Of a stretch of DNA of 35,541 bases, positions 8,805 to 18,554 are shown one piece after another (position 1 is the stretch's first letter; each line of letters starts with the position of its first letter). Made by a program: the position numbers and the translations under genes. Under the pieces are notes generated by a model, which searched no databases, had not been told where the DNA came from, and was given only the letters and a program-made list of their open reading frames with translations. Source of the DNA: Fibrobacterota bacterium (GTDB lineage Bacteria; Fibrobacterota; Fibrobacteria; UBA11236); NCBI GenBank assembly GCA_043753995.1, contig JAYUVP010000124.1, positions 1 through 35,541 of the forward strand, written 5' to 3'.

Positions 8805-9155
8805 TCACTTTTGACTCCCCTTCATGAGGTGGGTATGCAGACGTTTGAAGTTGTCGTCCCAGAAGTGCTCGTAATGGGCTATCCAATCGCGAACGGCGCC
8901 AAGACGCTCGGGCACGAGGCAATAGTGATGCTCGCGCCCCTTCCTCTGCTCCGACACCAAACCGGCAAGCAGCAGGATGCGCAGGTGCTGGGAAATGGCT
9001 GGGCGGCTCATTTCAAAGTGACCCGCAATTTCCTTGACGGGCTGATCGCCCTCGGCCAATAAATCCAAGATACGGCGCCTCGCAGGCGAACTGATGGCGT
9101 CGAAAATCTCGGGCTCAGATTCGGTAACCTTCGGAATGGCTTTAGGGAAAGACAT
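8805..9155 (-). CDS. ArsR/SmtB-family transcriptional regulator
   Basis: IFDAISSPARRRILDLL, MSRPAISQHLRILLLAGLV and RKGREHHY; typical ArsR-SRPBCC pairing. Confidence 0.92.
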   Translation of the reverse strand: MSFPKAIPKVTESEPEIFDAISSPARRRILDLLAEGDQPVKEIAGHFEMSRPAISQHLRILLLAGLVSEQRKGREHHYCLVPERLGAVRDWIAHYEHFWDDNFKRLHTHLMKGSQK

Positions 9156-9162
9156 ATCCTCA

Positions 9163-9192
9163 ATAATAGGTAAGCATTTGCTTACCTGTAAA
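9163..9192 (-). promoter_or_regulatory. Sigma70-like promoter overlapped by a perfect 9-2-9 inverted repeat (probable ArsR operator)
   Basis: Minus strand TTTACA-N18-TATTAT; palindrome AGGTAAGCA-tt-TGCTTACCT at 9168-9187 fills the spacer. Confidence 0.7.
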
Positions 9193-9196
9193 GCAC

Positions 9197-9228
9197 AAAA
9201 AAAGCCCCAAAATCAACATTTGGGGCTT
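9197..9228 (-). terminator. Rho-independent terminator downstream of the CE6 esterase
   Basis: Minus strand aagccccaaa-tgttgat-tttggggc followed by TTTTTTT. Confidence 0.8.
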
Positions 9229-9258
9229 AGGCACTGAAGCCCTGAAAGAGGGATAAGC

Positions 9259-10521
<1,263 letters not shown>

Positions 10522-10566
10522 TCAACGAAAATTTGGATAGGACAAATGATTGTTTACTGAAACCGC

Positions 10567-11745
10567 TCATGGAATCGGCTTCGCGCCGCCGTGGAGTAAA
10601 TAATCCACAGTAAAATTAGTGCCTTCTAGGACCTTTAAGCTTATATCCACGGTTTTTGGGTTTGGCGATAAATGCAATTGCCTAAGTCGCATCACTCCGC
10701 CTCCCCAGTCTCCTGCAAAATAGTCAGAGAGGGTATCTAAAACCTTTCCGTCAACCGTGATTTCAACCAGGGAGTTTCCGAATTTAGAGACATGATAGCC
10801 TAAGGTGAGCTCCTTGCCTGAAAATCGAATCTCCAAACCCGATCCAGCATTTGCAGCAACCCAGCCGATTCGCCCAATCTCCCTTTCCATTCTAACCCAT
10901 CCCGTCTGGTTCTGCACTTGCAAGGAAGAATCACCTAAATGGAATATGCCCGCTGTATCATAGATGTTACCATAAAGCGGAGAGGGCAGAACTGTGCTTA
11001 ATTTCACTTGCTCTTTAAGTGCCTCGGCTTTAATAAAACCAAAAAGGCTATACGCTCCCAAAAAATGCCCTCGGTTGGTAGGATGCACTATGTCGACCAA
11101 GGTATCTATAGCAATAACGGAGTCTCCGATCCATGGAAAAACACCGCGCATTAGACTAACCATGGGAAGTCCATAATGCAAACCAATAGGAACTTTGAAT
11201 CTCTCACTGACTAATGATTGCGCATTATTCATTGTGAAATACACCAGCAAAGCAGATTCAGTTGAAGAAAGGCATTGTCTTATTAATCCTTCAAAGGAAG
11301 GTGGATACAAAACCGAATCATAGGGATCATCATTCACCGCAAACTCTACCAAAATAAGGTCCGGTTTTTGTATCAGCAAATCGTCCTTGACTCGTGAAAC
11401 CGCAAATCGACTATCGGTTCCACTTACTCCAGCATTGATTTCTTTAAATCGGGCCTTGGGAAAAAGGCGTTGTAGAAACCGACATAATAATGACGAATAA
11501 CGCAAAGATGTAACAGTGGCATTGGCACCCTTCGTTACCGATCCACCGATAAAACCAACTCGAACGTCCCCACCCCTTCGACATTTATCAATAAAAATCG
11601 CAAGGCGTCCATCCGTACCTTCGGAAACCAGAGTCCGCGCCAGAAACTCCGGCGTTAGCATAGGCATCCCTTGGTAAGCTAAAGTCGTATCCCAGTTTGT
11701 TTCGGCATTAAGGGTGACGGGAGTCGTCGCATTGCCGCAATTCAT
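10567..11745 (-). CDS. SGNH/GDSL-family hydrolase
   Basis: Block I GFIGGSVT, block II NAGVSGTDS, block III EFAVND and block V DIVHPT, plus a C-terminal beta-sandwich-like region. Confidence 0.85.
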   Translation of the reverse strand: MNCGNATTPVTLNAETNWDTTLAYQGMPMLTPEFLARTLVSEGTDGRLAIFIDKCRRGGDVRVGFIGGSVTKGANATVTSLRYSSLLCRFLQRLFPKARFKEINAGVSGTDSRFAVSRVKDDLLIQKPDLILVEFAVNDDPYDSVLYPPSFEGLIRQCLSSTESALLVYFTMNNAQSLVSERFKVPIGLHYGLPMVSLMRGVFPWIGDSVIAIDTLVDIVHPTNRGHFLGAYSLFGFIKAEALKEQVKLSTVLPSPLYGNIYDTAGIFHLGDSSLQVQNQTGWVRMEREIGRIGWVAANAGSGLEIRFSGKELTLGYHVSKFGNSLVEITVDGKVLDTLSDYFAGDWGGGVMRLRQLHLSPNPKTVDISLKVLEGTNFTVDYLLHGGAKPIP

Positions 11746-11785
11746 TCACCTCGGTCAGTTCACCTTTAATACAGAAACCGCGGGG

Positions 11786-13198
11786 CTATTCCAAGAGACC
11801 AAGGGCGGTTAGACTTTTCCCATCAATCGAAAATAGGCGGCCTTTGACTCTCACGCGAATACCCATATGGGCATCTCTCGCCTTGAATTCGAGTCTTGAT
11901 GATTCAGCGAGAGGTGAAAATAGGTTGTTTTGGCTAAAGACAGAAACCGGAGGAGTGAGAGCGCGGTAAATAGTTTGCGCCAGGGTGTCCTGCCCCTTGG
12001 CATTGGGATGCACGCCATCAGCCACATAGCTTTGCCAAGCCAGCATGGGCGTATTGACATCGATGAGGGGCAGCCCCTTCTCCTGGGCAACTTGCCTGAT
12101 GGCAGGGAGCACGGAGTCGCGAATCAAATCATTGCTAATGCCATTGCCCGCGACGCCTTCGTCGAATTGCCAAGCCCCGTTCACCTTCCACGACGGCATA
12201 GGCAACCCCAAAAAGATTTTCGGCTTGGGGCTTATGGAATTATTCAAAGTGTCTATAAAGGCCCGATAGTCGGTAGTGAATCGAGCTGTATTCCATTGCG
12301 TGGCACGCGCATCATTGGTACCGAGCATAATGGTGACAATAGAAGGCTTGAAGGCGAAAACCTGGGCCAAGCGGCCATTGGTCCAATAAGGCGCGCGAGC
12401 CATTTTTTGCATATAAGCGCCCGACACGCCAAAATTGCGGACATAATGGGTTTCGCCTAATAGCATATTCAATTGGGACGGATAGGAATCAGGTCCCAGA
12501 GCTCCGCTGATGGTGCCCACATATTGGGTAATGCTATTGCCGATACAGGCTATGCGCGTAGCCTTGGCCTGATAAGCTCGATAAAAAATGGCGGCAATGG
12601 AATCGGCCCCAGCCGCTGTGGGATGGACACCATCAGAAAACAGGTTGGAGTGATTTCGCAAAGGGGTGTTAACATCAATCACATTCAGTCCTTTAGCCTG
12701 GGCCACTTGCTGAATGCGCGGAATGATGAATTGCGTCAGGATAGAATCGTTGATGCCGAAGGAATTGGTGAAAATCGGACAGGGCAGACATAGCCAAATT
12801 TGCGGATGCGAAGGAATAGTCCCCAGGCTATCGACCATAGCCGTCAAATCCTTTACATAGTCGGCTTCATTTCTCCAATTACCGGACTTGGTGTCATTGG
12901 TACCCAGTTTAATGGTAATGATGTCGGGATTGAAGGTGAAGACGTTTTTAAAGGCCGTTTGATTCCAATAGGGATTGTCGCCCTTTTTCAGCAGGGTGAC
13001 CCCGGAAACTCCGTGATTCTGCACGGTGAATTGCGGCCCGAGCTGGGCCGAAAGCCGGGTCGTATAAGTCAGGTTCGCATTGGGATAGCCAGCCGTAATG
13101 CTATTGCCAATGCATGCCCAGCGAATGGGCTTGGCGACTTGGGCCTGCAAGGGAAGGCCAGCCAGCACCAAGGAGGCGATAAGGACGAAAAAACGCAT
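11786..13198 (-). CDS. Secreted esterase with two tandem SGNH/GDSL domains
   Basis: Signal peptide; two copies each of ACIGNSIT, GVSG, LGTND and DGVHP. Confidence 0.9.
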   Translation of the reverse strand: MRFFVLIASLVLAGLPLQAQVAKPIRWACIGNSITAGYPNANLTYTTRLSAQLGPQFTVQNHGVSGVTLLKKGDNPYWNQTAFKNVFTFNPDIITIKLGTNDTKSGNWRNEADYVKDLTAMVDSLGTIPSHPQIWLCLPCPIFTNSFGINDSILTQFIIPRIQQVAQAKGLNVIDVNTPLRNHSNLFSDGVHPTAAGADSIAAIFYRAYQAKATRIACIGNSITQYVGTISGALGPDSYPSQLNMLLGETHYVRNFGVSGAYMQKMARAPYWTNGRLAQVFAFKPSIVTIMLGTNDARATQWNTARFTTDYRAFIDTLNNSISPKPKIFLGLPMPSWKVNGAWQFDEGVAGNGISNDLIRDSVLPAIRQVAQEKGLPLIDVNTPMLAWQSYVADGVHPNAKGQDTLAQTIYRALTPPVSVFSQNNLFSPLAESSRLEFKARDAHMGIRVRVKGRLFSIDGKSLTALGLLE

Positions 13199-13266
13199 AT
13201 GGAAAGGCCCTTCTGAGACCTTTCAAAATAACGCCTATACCTGGAATTGAAGTGCGAAATTCTGAG

Positions 13267-14007
13267 CTACCACTGAAAACTCAAACCAGCGCTTTGACCC
13301 CAGGTCAAAATGGAATTGGAATCCAATTCCAGCCCATGCGCTTGAAGGGAAAGGCCGAATTCCAAAGAGAAGCTGGAATTAAAATTAAACCCGTTGTTGA
13401 GAAATAAACCCTGAGCATTAAAATCAAAGTTATCGGAACGGGTGATCGGCCATTTGAGCGCATAATTCGTGGTTGAGTACAACCGATCGGTCCATTGCAG
13501 TCCCAAGCCTGCGGCTCCGGAGATATTTAGCAGATCACCTTTATCAAATGCGACCCCGGTTTGACCAAGAGCCCACCATCGTTGAGACATTGGCAGCTTA
13601 GCCTGCAAACCCAGTTGGTAGAGGAGATACCATTTATCTTGGGTGAAAAGTAAGGCCGAAATACCGCCGTCCAGAGCCAAACTTAGATCGGTGACGATTG
13701 GCCTAGACCCATTGATATTGTTGCGCGTCAGCAAATAGGTGAAAAAGGGGGCCGGCACGGCTGTCCAAAGCCAATTGTCGCTGATCGCATAGGCGGGCAA
13801 CCCAGGGAGAAAACCAAGACCCGAGCCTTCTTCAGACTGAAGCTCCTCGCCATTGTCTATGACATAACTGTTTTGCGTTAATTTCTCTTGCCACATTTTT
13901 GCGGGCAAGATAAGCGGCCTATCGATTTGCCGTAGGGGATAGCGCGACACGTCGCGAGCGCTTACAACCAAAGCGGATACAAGCAGGGCCATCAGGGTGA
14001 TTCGCAT
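13267..14007 (-). CDS. Hypothetical outer-membrane beta-barrel-like protein
   Basis: Signal peptide, alternating amphipathic strands and a C-terminal aromatic residue (AGLSFQW). Confidence 0.6.
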   Translation of the reverse strand: MRITLMALLVSALVVSARDVSRYPLRQIDRPLILPAKMWQEKLTQNSYVIDNGEELQSEEGSGLGFLPGLPAYAISDNWLWTAVPAPFFTYLLTRNNINGSRPIVTDLSLALDGGISALLFTQDKWYLLYQLGLQAKLPMSQRWWALGQTGVAFDKGDLLNISGAAGLGLQWTDRLYSTTNYALKWPITRSDNFDFNAQGLFLNNGFNFNSSFSLEFGLSLQAHGLELDSNSILTWGQSAGLSFQW

Positions 14008-14029
14008 TATATTTTCCTATTTGTGATGC

Positions 14030-14302
14030 TTATTTTTCTGAGGATGCGGTATCAGAATCTGGCGAATTGGTTTTACGAAGGATGCGAATGCCATTCACGA
14101 CATCGAATTCAATGCCTATAGCATGAGCAGAAGTGCTATCATTATTTTTATCACGTTTAGACACCGTGGGATTGCCCATTTCTGAGCTGCCGCCCGCAAT
14201 GGGTTGTCCGCAATGCATTAACCCCAAGCAACTGAGCCATCCGATTAGAAAAAGTCCAAGCAAACTAAGACCCTGTGCATACGGAGATTGGCTGCTATTC
14301 AT
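14030..14302 (-). CDS. Small putative lipoprotein coupled to the TIGR02147 gene
   Basis: ATG 14302 overlaps the end of the upstream gene. A hydrophobic stretch is followed by LMHC-GQPIAGGSSEMGNP. Confidence 0.6.
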   Translation of the reverse strand: MNSSQSPYAQGLSLLGLFLIGWLSCLGLMHCGQPIAGGSSEMGNPTVSKRDKNNDSTSAHAIGIEFDVVNGIRILRKTNSPDSDTASSEK

Positions 14303-15122
14303 TAGGGTTTTCGCTGGTGGGAAAAAATTGAAAGTTGATGTGATAGACCCTTTCCGCCGGGACATCTTTGGAAATGATTTCAATCAGCTTCTTGCGAAAG
14401 CCTTGGATTTCGGATTTAATGGCAGCAAAACCGGCAACCGATAAGCCAGCGACCAAACAGCTTATATCCCGCTCAGCCGCCGGGCAGTCCGTCACTGAGG
14501 CGGCAGCCAAAGCCATGTTTTGCTGATGAAATTGTGTGACGGCCAAGGCCTTGATTTCGTCGCCGGTGGTAAGGGCTTTTTCGGTTTGTTCATAACGAGC
14601 GCCGACCTTGACCAAAAGCCCAAGACGCAGCATGAGACGAACCGATGCCTTGGCCTGGGAAGGCTTAATGGCCGGTCGCACGCGCCGCGCAAGCGTGGCA
14701 TAATCTTCCCGGAAATCCACCAAGGTCACTAATTCACGCAAGGTATTGTGGTACCACTGGGAATAAAATTCGAATTGATCCTGGGTGACCATTTGCGACT
14801 TGCCGCGCCTCTGAAATTGCGCCAGGCGATGAAAGCCATGATTCTTTTCCGCTTGAGTCTTGGCCTGAGTGAATGTCACAAGAGCCTCAAAATAGGCGAA
14901 CGCATCCCCTTGCAATTCCAAGGCCTTGGCTACGGAGAATAGCGAGGCGGACGAAAGATTTTTCTTCCCGGAAATAAGCTCATTGAAAAAGCTCTTGGAG
15001 CGAAATCCGGCCTTCCAGGCTAATTTTTGGAAGGAAAAGCCCTTATTTTTCGCCTTTTGCTCGGTGTAATAATCGCGAAGGTATTCGCGGTAATTCAGGT
15101 AATGAAAGATGGGCTTCATCAT
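14295..15122 (-). CDS. TIGR02147-family protein (N-terminal HTH plus DUF4423), putative regulator
   Basis: IFHYLNYREYLRDYY, FSFQKLAWKAGFRSKSFF, FYSQWYHNTLREL, FHQQNM, ERDIS and VYHINFQFFP. Confidence 0.9.
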   Translation of the reverse strand: MMKPIFHYLNYREYLRDYYTEQKAKNKGFSFQKLAWKAGFRSKSFFNELISGKKNLSSASLFSVAKALELQGDAFAYFEALVTFTQAKTQAEKNHGFHRLAQFQRRGKSQMVTQDQFEFYSQWYHNTLRELVTLVDFREDYATLARRVRPAIKPSQAKASVRLMLRLGLLVKVGARYEQTEKALTTGDEIKALAVTQFHQQNMALAAASVTDCPAAERDISCLVAGLSVAGFAAIKSEIQGFRKKLIEIISKDVPAERVYHINFQFFPTSENPNE

Positions 15123-15252
15123 GGCACAGCAAGAATGTACCCGAATACCTTAAAGTTTGGACTGATCAAGAGTGGAATCTCGTTCCATTTTGGCGAACGC
15201 CGGAGGGGAGGCCGAGGCCGACAAGGCTGCGGGGCAAGGCGGGCCGAGGCCG

Positions 15253-15273
15253 GGGGAGGCGGAGCCACCCCCG
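15253..15273. repeat. REP-like GC-rich hairpin repeat, copy 1
   Basis: ggggaggcggagccacccccg is identical to 15968-15988 and folds as gggg-a-ggc-gga-gcc-a-cccc. Confidence 0.75.
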
Positions 15274-15335
15274 AAGTGGTTTCCCGTTTTTCTGAACTGC
15301 TTATCTTTAGCGCCCCCCTAATTTAAGGATGACTT

Positions 15336-15953
15336 ATGCGCCTGATTCGCATTCCCCTGTTTTTGCTTTTCACCACCGGCTTGGCCTTGGCCCAGACCGA
15401 CAGCATTAACGAAACTGAACCTGCCGCCAAGACCTATTCCGGGCCTCATGTCGGCTTTGGCGTGGAATTGGGCATGAATAGCCTCGCCAGTATCGCCGGC
15501 GTTACGCTCTCGATTTATCCCATCCCTCATGTCGCTGTGGATGCTGGCATTGGTTTTGGGTTGAACAATTGGAAATTCGGCCTGCAAGGGCGTTATGTCT
15601 TTTTGGATGGCAGGATTTTCCATCCCTATGTCGGCGGAGCTCTGAAATACACCACGGGTTGGGGCGATGAGACCCTGAGCATGACGGTCAATTCAACTGA
15701 CAACGGTAGCACGGACACGAAAAGCTTTGAAATGGCAACCGATCCGGCGACCTTCGCCGATATTTCAGGCGGCATCGAATTTCGCTTCGGCCACTTCATC
15801 TTAAGGCCGGGCGTGGGTTATTCGATTTTGCTCGGCGGTCGCAATTGGAAATTCGTCGAAGGCGACGAGCTCACTTCGACAGAAAAGGATGCCCTGGATT
15901 CTATCGAAGGTAGCGGAATCTCAATGTTTTTGGGCTTAGGTTTCGCGTTTTAA
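15336..15953 (+). CDS. Outer-membrane beta-barrel protein (small, OmpA/OmpW-like size)
   Basis: Signal peptide; amphipathic strands (VGFGVELG, VAVDAGIG, HPYVGGAL); C-terminal FLGLGFAF BAM-type signal. Confidence 0.8.
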   Translation: MRLIRIPLFLLFTTGLALAQTDSINETEPAAKTYSGPHVGFGVELGMNSLASIAGVTLSIYPIPHVAVDAGIGFGLNNWKFGLQGRYVFLDGRIFHPYVGGALKYTTGWGDETLSMTVNSTDNGSTDTKSFEMATDPATFADISGGIEFRFGHFILRPGVGYSILLGGRNWKFVEGDELTSTEKDALDSIEGSGISMFLGLGFAF

Positions 15954-15967
15954 AGCAGTCCTAGCGA

Positions 15968-15988
15968 GGGGAGGCGGAGCCACCCCCG
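15968..15988. repeat. REP-like GC-rich hairpin repeat, copy 2, between convergent stop codons
   Basis: Exact 21-bp copy of 15253-15273 in the same orientation. Confidence 0.75.
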
Positions 15989-16009
15989 TATCGTTGGAGT
16001 TACTGAAAC

Positions 16010-16597
16010 CTACAGGGAACCCTTGGTCGATGGCACACCCGTGACGCGGCGCGAGGGGCTGATGGCCATGGCCAGGGCCCGGGCGAAGGCTTTGAAAATG
16101 GCTTCGATGGCGTGATGGGTATTGCTGCTTCGCAAAAGATCGACATGCAAATTCATGCGGGCATTTTCGGCCACGCTGCGGAAGAAATGGCTGACCAATT
16201 CGGTGTCGAGATTGCCGATGGCGGCTTGGGTGAAAGCGGCATTCCACACAAAGGCATTGCGGCCCGATAGGTCGAGGCAGACACGCGCCAAAGTTTCGTC
16301 CATGGTGACGTAGTAGAAGCCATAGCGTTCAATGCCGGCCTTGTCGCCGACGGCTTGGGCCAAGGCTTCGCCGAGGCAAATGGCAATGTCTTCCGCGCTG
16401 TGATGCATGTCGATATGAGTATCGCCTTGGCAATTCACCGTGAGGCCGATGCCGCCATGCTTGCGTAAAAGGTCAAGCATGTGATCGAGAAAGCCTGAGC
16501 CGCTATGCACGGGTCCTTCGAGGGCCTGATCGAGATCGAGAGCTAACTCGATGGAAGTTTCCTTGGTCTTGCGTTGTATGCGAGCTTGACGGGTCAT
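16010..16597 (-). CDS. hisB: Imidazoleglycerol-phosphate dehydratase
   Basis: RKTKET, FLDHML, DMHHSAED, GIERYG, MDETL, NTHHAIEAIFKAFARAL and VPSTKGSL. Confidence 0.97.
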   Translation of the reverse strand: MTRQARIQRKTKETSIELALDLDQALEGPVHSGSGFLDHMLDLLRKHGGIGLTVNCQGDTHIDMHHSAEDIAICLGEALAQAVGDKAGIERYGFYYVTMDETLARVCLDLSGRNAFVWNAAFTQAAIGNLDTELVSHFFRSVAENARMNLHVDLLRSSNTHHAIEAIFKAFARALAMAISPSRRVTGVPSTKGSL

Positions 16598-16839
16598 TTC
16601 GAATCCTTGGTACGCAGCAAATTATCAATCGATGCCGTCAAAGTGTTTTCCCGATTGCCCTTGGCTTCGGCTTGTTTCGACTGGGGTTTTTCCTTGACGA
16701 TGGGCTCCATGGTATAGCGGGCGTCGAGAACTTGGCGGAAGGTTTCCATTTTCTTGGTGAATTCATTCACGCTGATGGCGACCATGGCCATGCCTCCAAT
16801 CAAAACCACGATGGCGATGAGGGCAATTAAAGCGAACAT
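16594..16839 (-). CDS. Small single-pass membrane hypothetical protein
   Basis: N-terminal hydrophobic helix; RBS aggag; the stop overlaps the hisB ATG. Confidence 0.7.
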   Translation of the reverse strand: MFALIALIAIVVLIGGMAMVAISVNEFTKKMETFRQVLDARYTMEPIVKEKPQSKQAEAKGNRENTLTASIDNLLRTKDSK

Positions 16840-16857
16840 GGGTCGCTCCTAACGAAA

Positions 16858-17961
16858 TCAATACGGTTTGTAATTAGTGCCGTAGACTTTGAAGCGCTTG
16901 CGCGTAGGTTGCATGACCTTGCCGTCAAGAGTCAATTCGAGAATGCCTTTTTTCGACAGGGCAATGCGCAGGGTATCGCCATAGTTGATTTTCAGGCTTT
17001 TACCCTTCATCAAGAGACGTATATCGGGTGCCCGGTCTTCATTCAGGACCTTGATCCAAAGGCTGTCGCCGAGGGCATGAAATAGGGCGACATGATTGCC
17101 GGTTCCCAATCGTTGTGGCTTGGGATCTTTTTCCGAGGTCGAGGACGCTTTTGCGCTATCCACCTTGGCTGGCATTGCCGGTTTGGCCTCGGTAGGGGCT
17201 ACTCCGGCGGGCTTGGCATCGGAGGTATTGGCGGTCGGTAGAGCTGGGGCCGGTAGCGCAACGGAAGAATTTGACACCGAGGGGGAAGCGTTTGGAGTCG
17301 TGAGCTTGGGGGCCGTACCCTGCGCGCTACTGTCGCGGAGACCTTCGATGGAAGCCACGGAATCTCGGGTGGTATCCGGCGCCAAGGAGGGGCTGACCGG
17401 GATACTGTCGGCTGCGAGAGCGGCCAAGGTGTCGGCGGTTAAAGCCGGGGCGACAGCGGGTACAGCTTCCGATTCTGGGGCATTAGGGCGATTGAGCTGG
17501 CGCAAAACAAGAACAAAGCCCACCAAGAGCAAAACCATGAGGCCGATGAGGATTTGACGATGCGAGCTCGTGAGGCTTTCACCTTTGTCCTGATAGGGCG
17601 CGACCTGGCCTTGCACCGGGGCCATGCCCATTTCCTGGATATAGGTCTGCACCACTTTTTGCGGGTCGAGATGCAATTGGCGGGCGAGGCTGCTGAGCAA
17701 GGCGCGCACATAGGGATCGCCGGGCAAGAGATGGTATTGCGAGGTTTCCAGGGCCTCTAAGGCTTGGCTGGAAATGCGTAAATCGGAAGCCAGCCTGACA
17801 GCATCCAGGCCAGAAGCCAGGCGTGCTTCGCGCAACATACTGCCCGCGCTAGTGCGGCCCGCGGCATCGGTTTCACGCTTATCATTGCGGCCCGTACGCT
17901 CGTTTTTATCGCCGCGGTCGCTGCGCTCGCTTCGGTCTTTGGAATCGCCTTCGGACATCAT
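16858..17961 (-). CDS. rodZ: RodZ-like cytoskeleton protein (HTH, TM, linker, periplasmic domain)
   Basis: AGSMLREARLASGL...LEALETSQYHLLPGDPYVRALL HTH, one TM segment, an Ala/Pro/Ser linker and a C-terminal DSLWIKV beta domain. Confidence 0.8.
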   Translation of the reverse strand: MMSEGDSKDRSERSDRGDKNERTGRNDKRETDAAGRTSAGSMLREARLASGLDAVRLASDLRISSQALEALETSQYHLLPGDPYVRALLSSLARQLHLDPQKVVQTYIQEMGMAPVQGQVAPYQDKGESLTSSHRQILIGLMVLLLVGFVLVLRQLNRPNAPESEAVPAVAPALTADTLAALAADSIPVSPSLAPDTTRDSVASIEGLRDSSAQGTAPKLTTPNASPSVSNSSVALPAPALPTANTSDAKPAGVAPTEAKPAMPAKVDSAKASSTSEKDPKPQRLGTGNHVALFHALGDSLWIKVLNEDRAPDIRLLMKGKSLKINYGDTLRIALSKKGILELTLDGKVMQPTRKRFKVYGTNYKPY

Positions 17962-18554
17962 GTCAAATTAGTTCCATCTGGGACTATGCCTTGCGCGGCC
18001 AAAAGCCGAAGGGTGGCTTGCACAGGCAGGCCCATGACATTATAAAAGCACCCGCGCAGGCCTGCCACAAGAAAGGCACCTATTCCTTGAATGGCATAGG
18101 CTCCGGCTTTGTCCCGGGGTTCGGCATGAGCGGCATAGCGTTGCAGAGCCGCCTCGGAAGAGGGGGCGAAGTCGACTTCGGTGCGCACGACTTCACTCCC
18201 GCAAAGCCTGCCGTCACGCGCCACAGCGACGCCGGTGAAAACTTCATGGGTGCGTGCATTGAGTCGACGCAGCATACGCAAGGCATCGGCGGCATCTTGG
18301 GGCTTGTTTAACACTTCATTGTCTAGCACGACCACGGTGTCCGAGGCGAGCACGACTTGCCCAGGAGCCGCTTGAACGGACAGGGCTTTGCCTTCGGCGA
18401 GGAAGCCGGGCACCTCGAAGGGCTCCAAAATTTGCGGCCATATCTCTTCGAAAGGCGGAGTGACCGTGGTGAAGCGAAAGCCCAGCATGGTCAGGATTTG
18501 ACTGCGGCGGGGGCTTTGGCTGGCAAGCAATAAAGGCATGTTGGAGGCTTTCAC
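17958..18554 (-). CDS. maf: Maf-family nucleoside triphosphate pyrophosphatase
   Basis: LLLASQSPRR, ASDTVV, KPQD, HEVFTGV, DKAGAYAIQG and NVMGLP. Confidence 0.95.
   Translation of the reverse strand: MKASNMPLLLASQSPRRSQILTMLGFRFTTVTPPFEEIWPQILEPFEVPGFLAEGKALSVQAAPGQVVLASDTVVVLDNEVLNKPQDAADALRMLRRLNARTHEVFTGVAVARDGRLCGSEVVRTEVDFAPSSEAALQRYAAHAEPRDKAGAYAIQGIGAFLVAGLRGCFYNVMGLPVQATLRLLAAQGIVPDGTNLT

Noticed and set aside
15253..15988. CRISPR array or IS ends suggested by the 21-bp repeats
   Set aside because: There are only two copies, 715 bp apart and enclosing an OMP gene, with no spacer series, cas gene or transposase.
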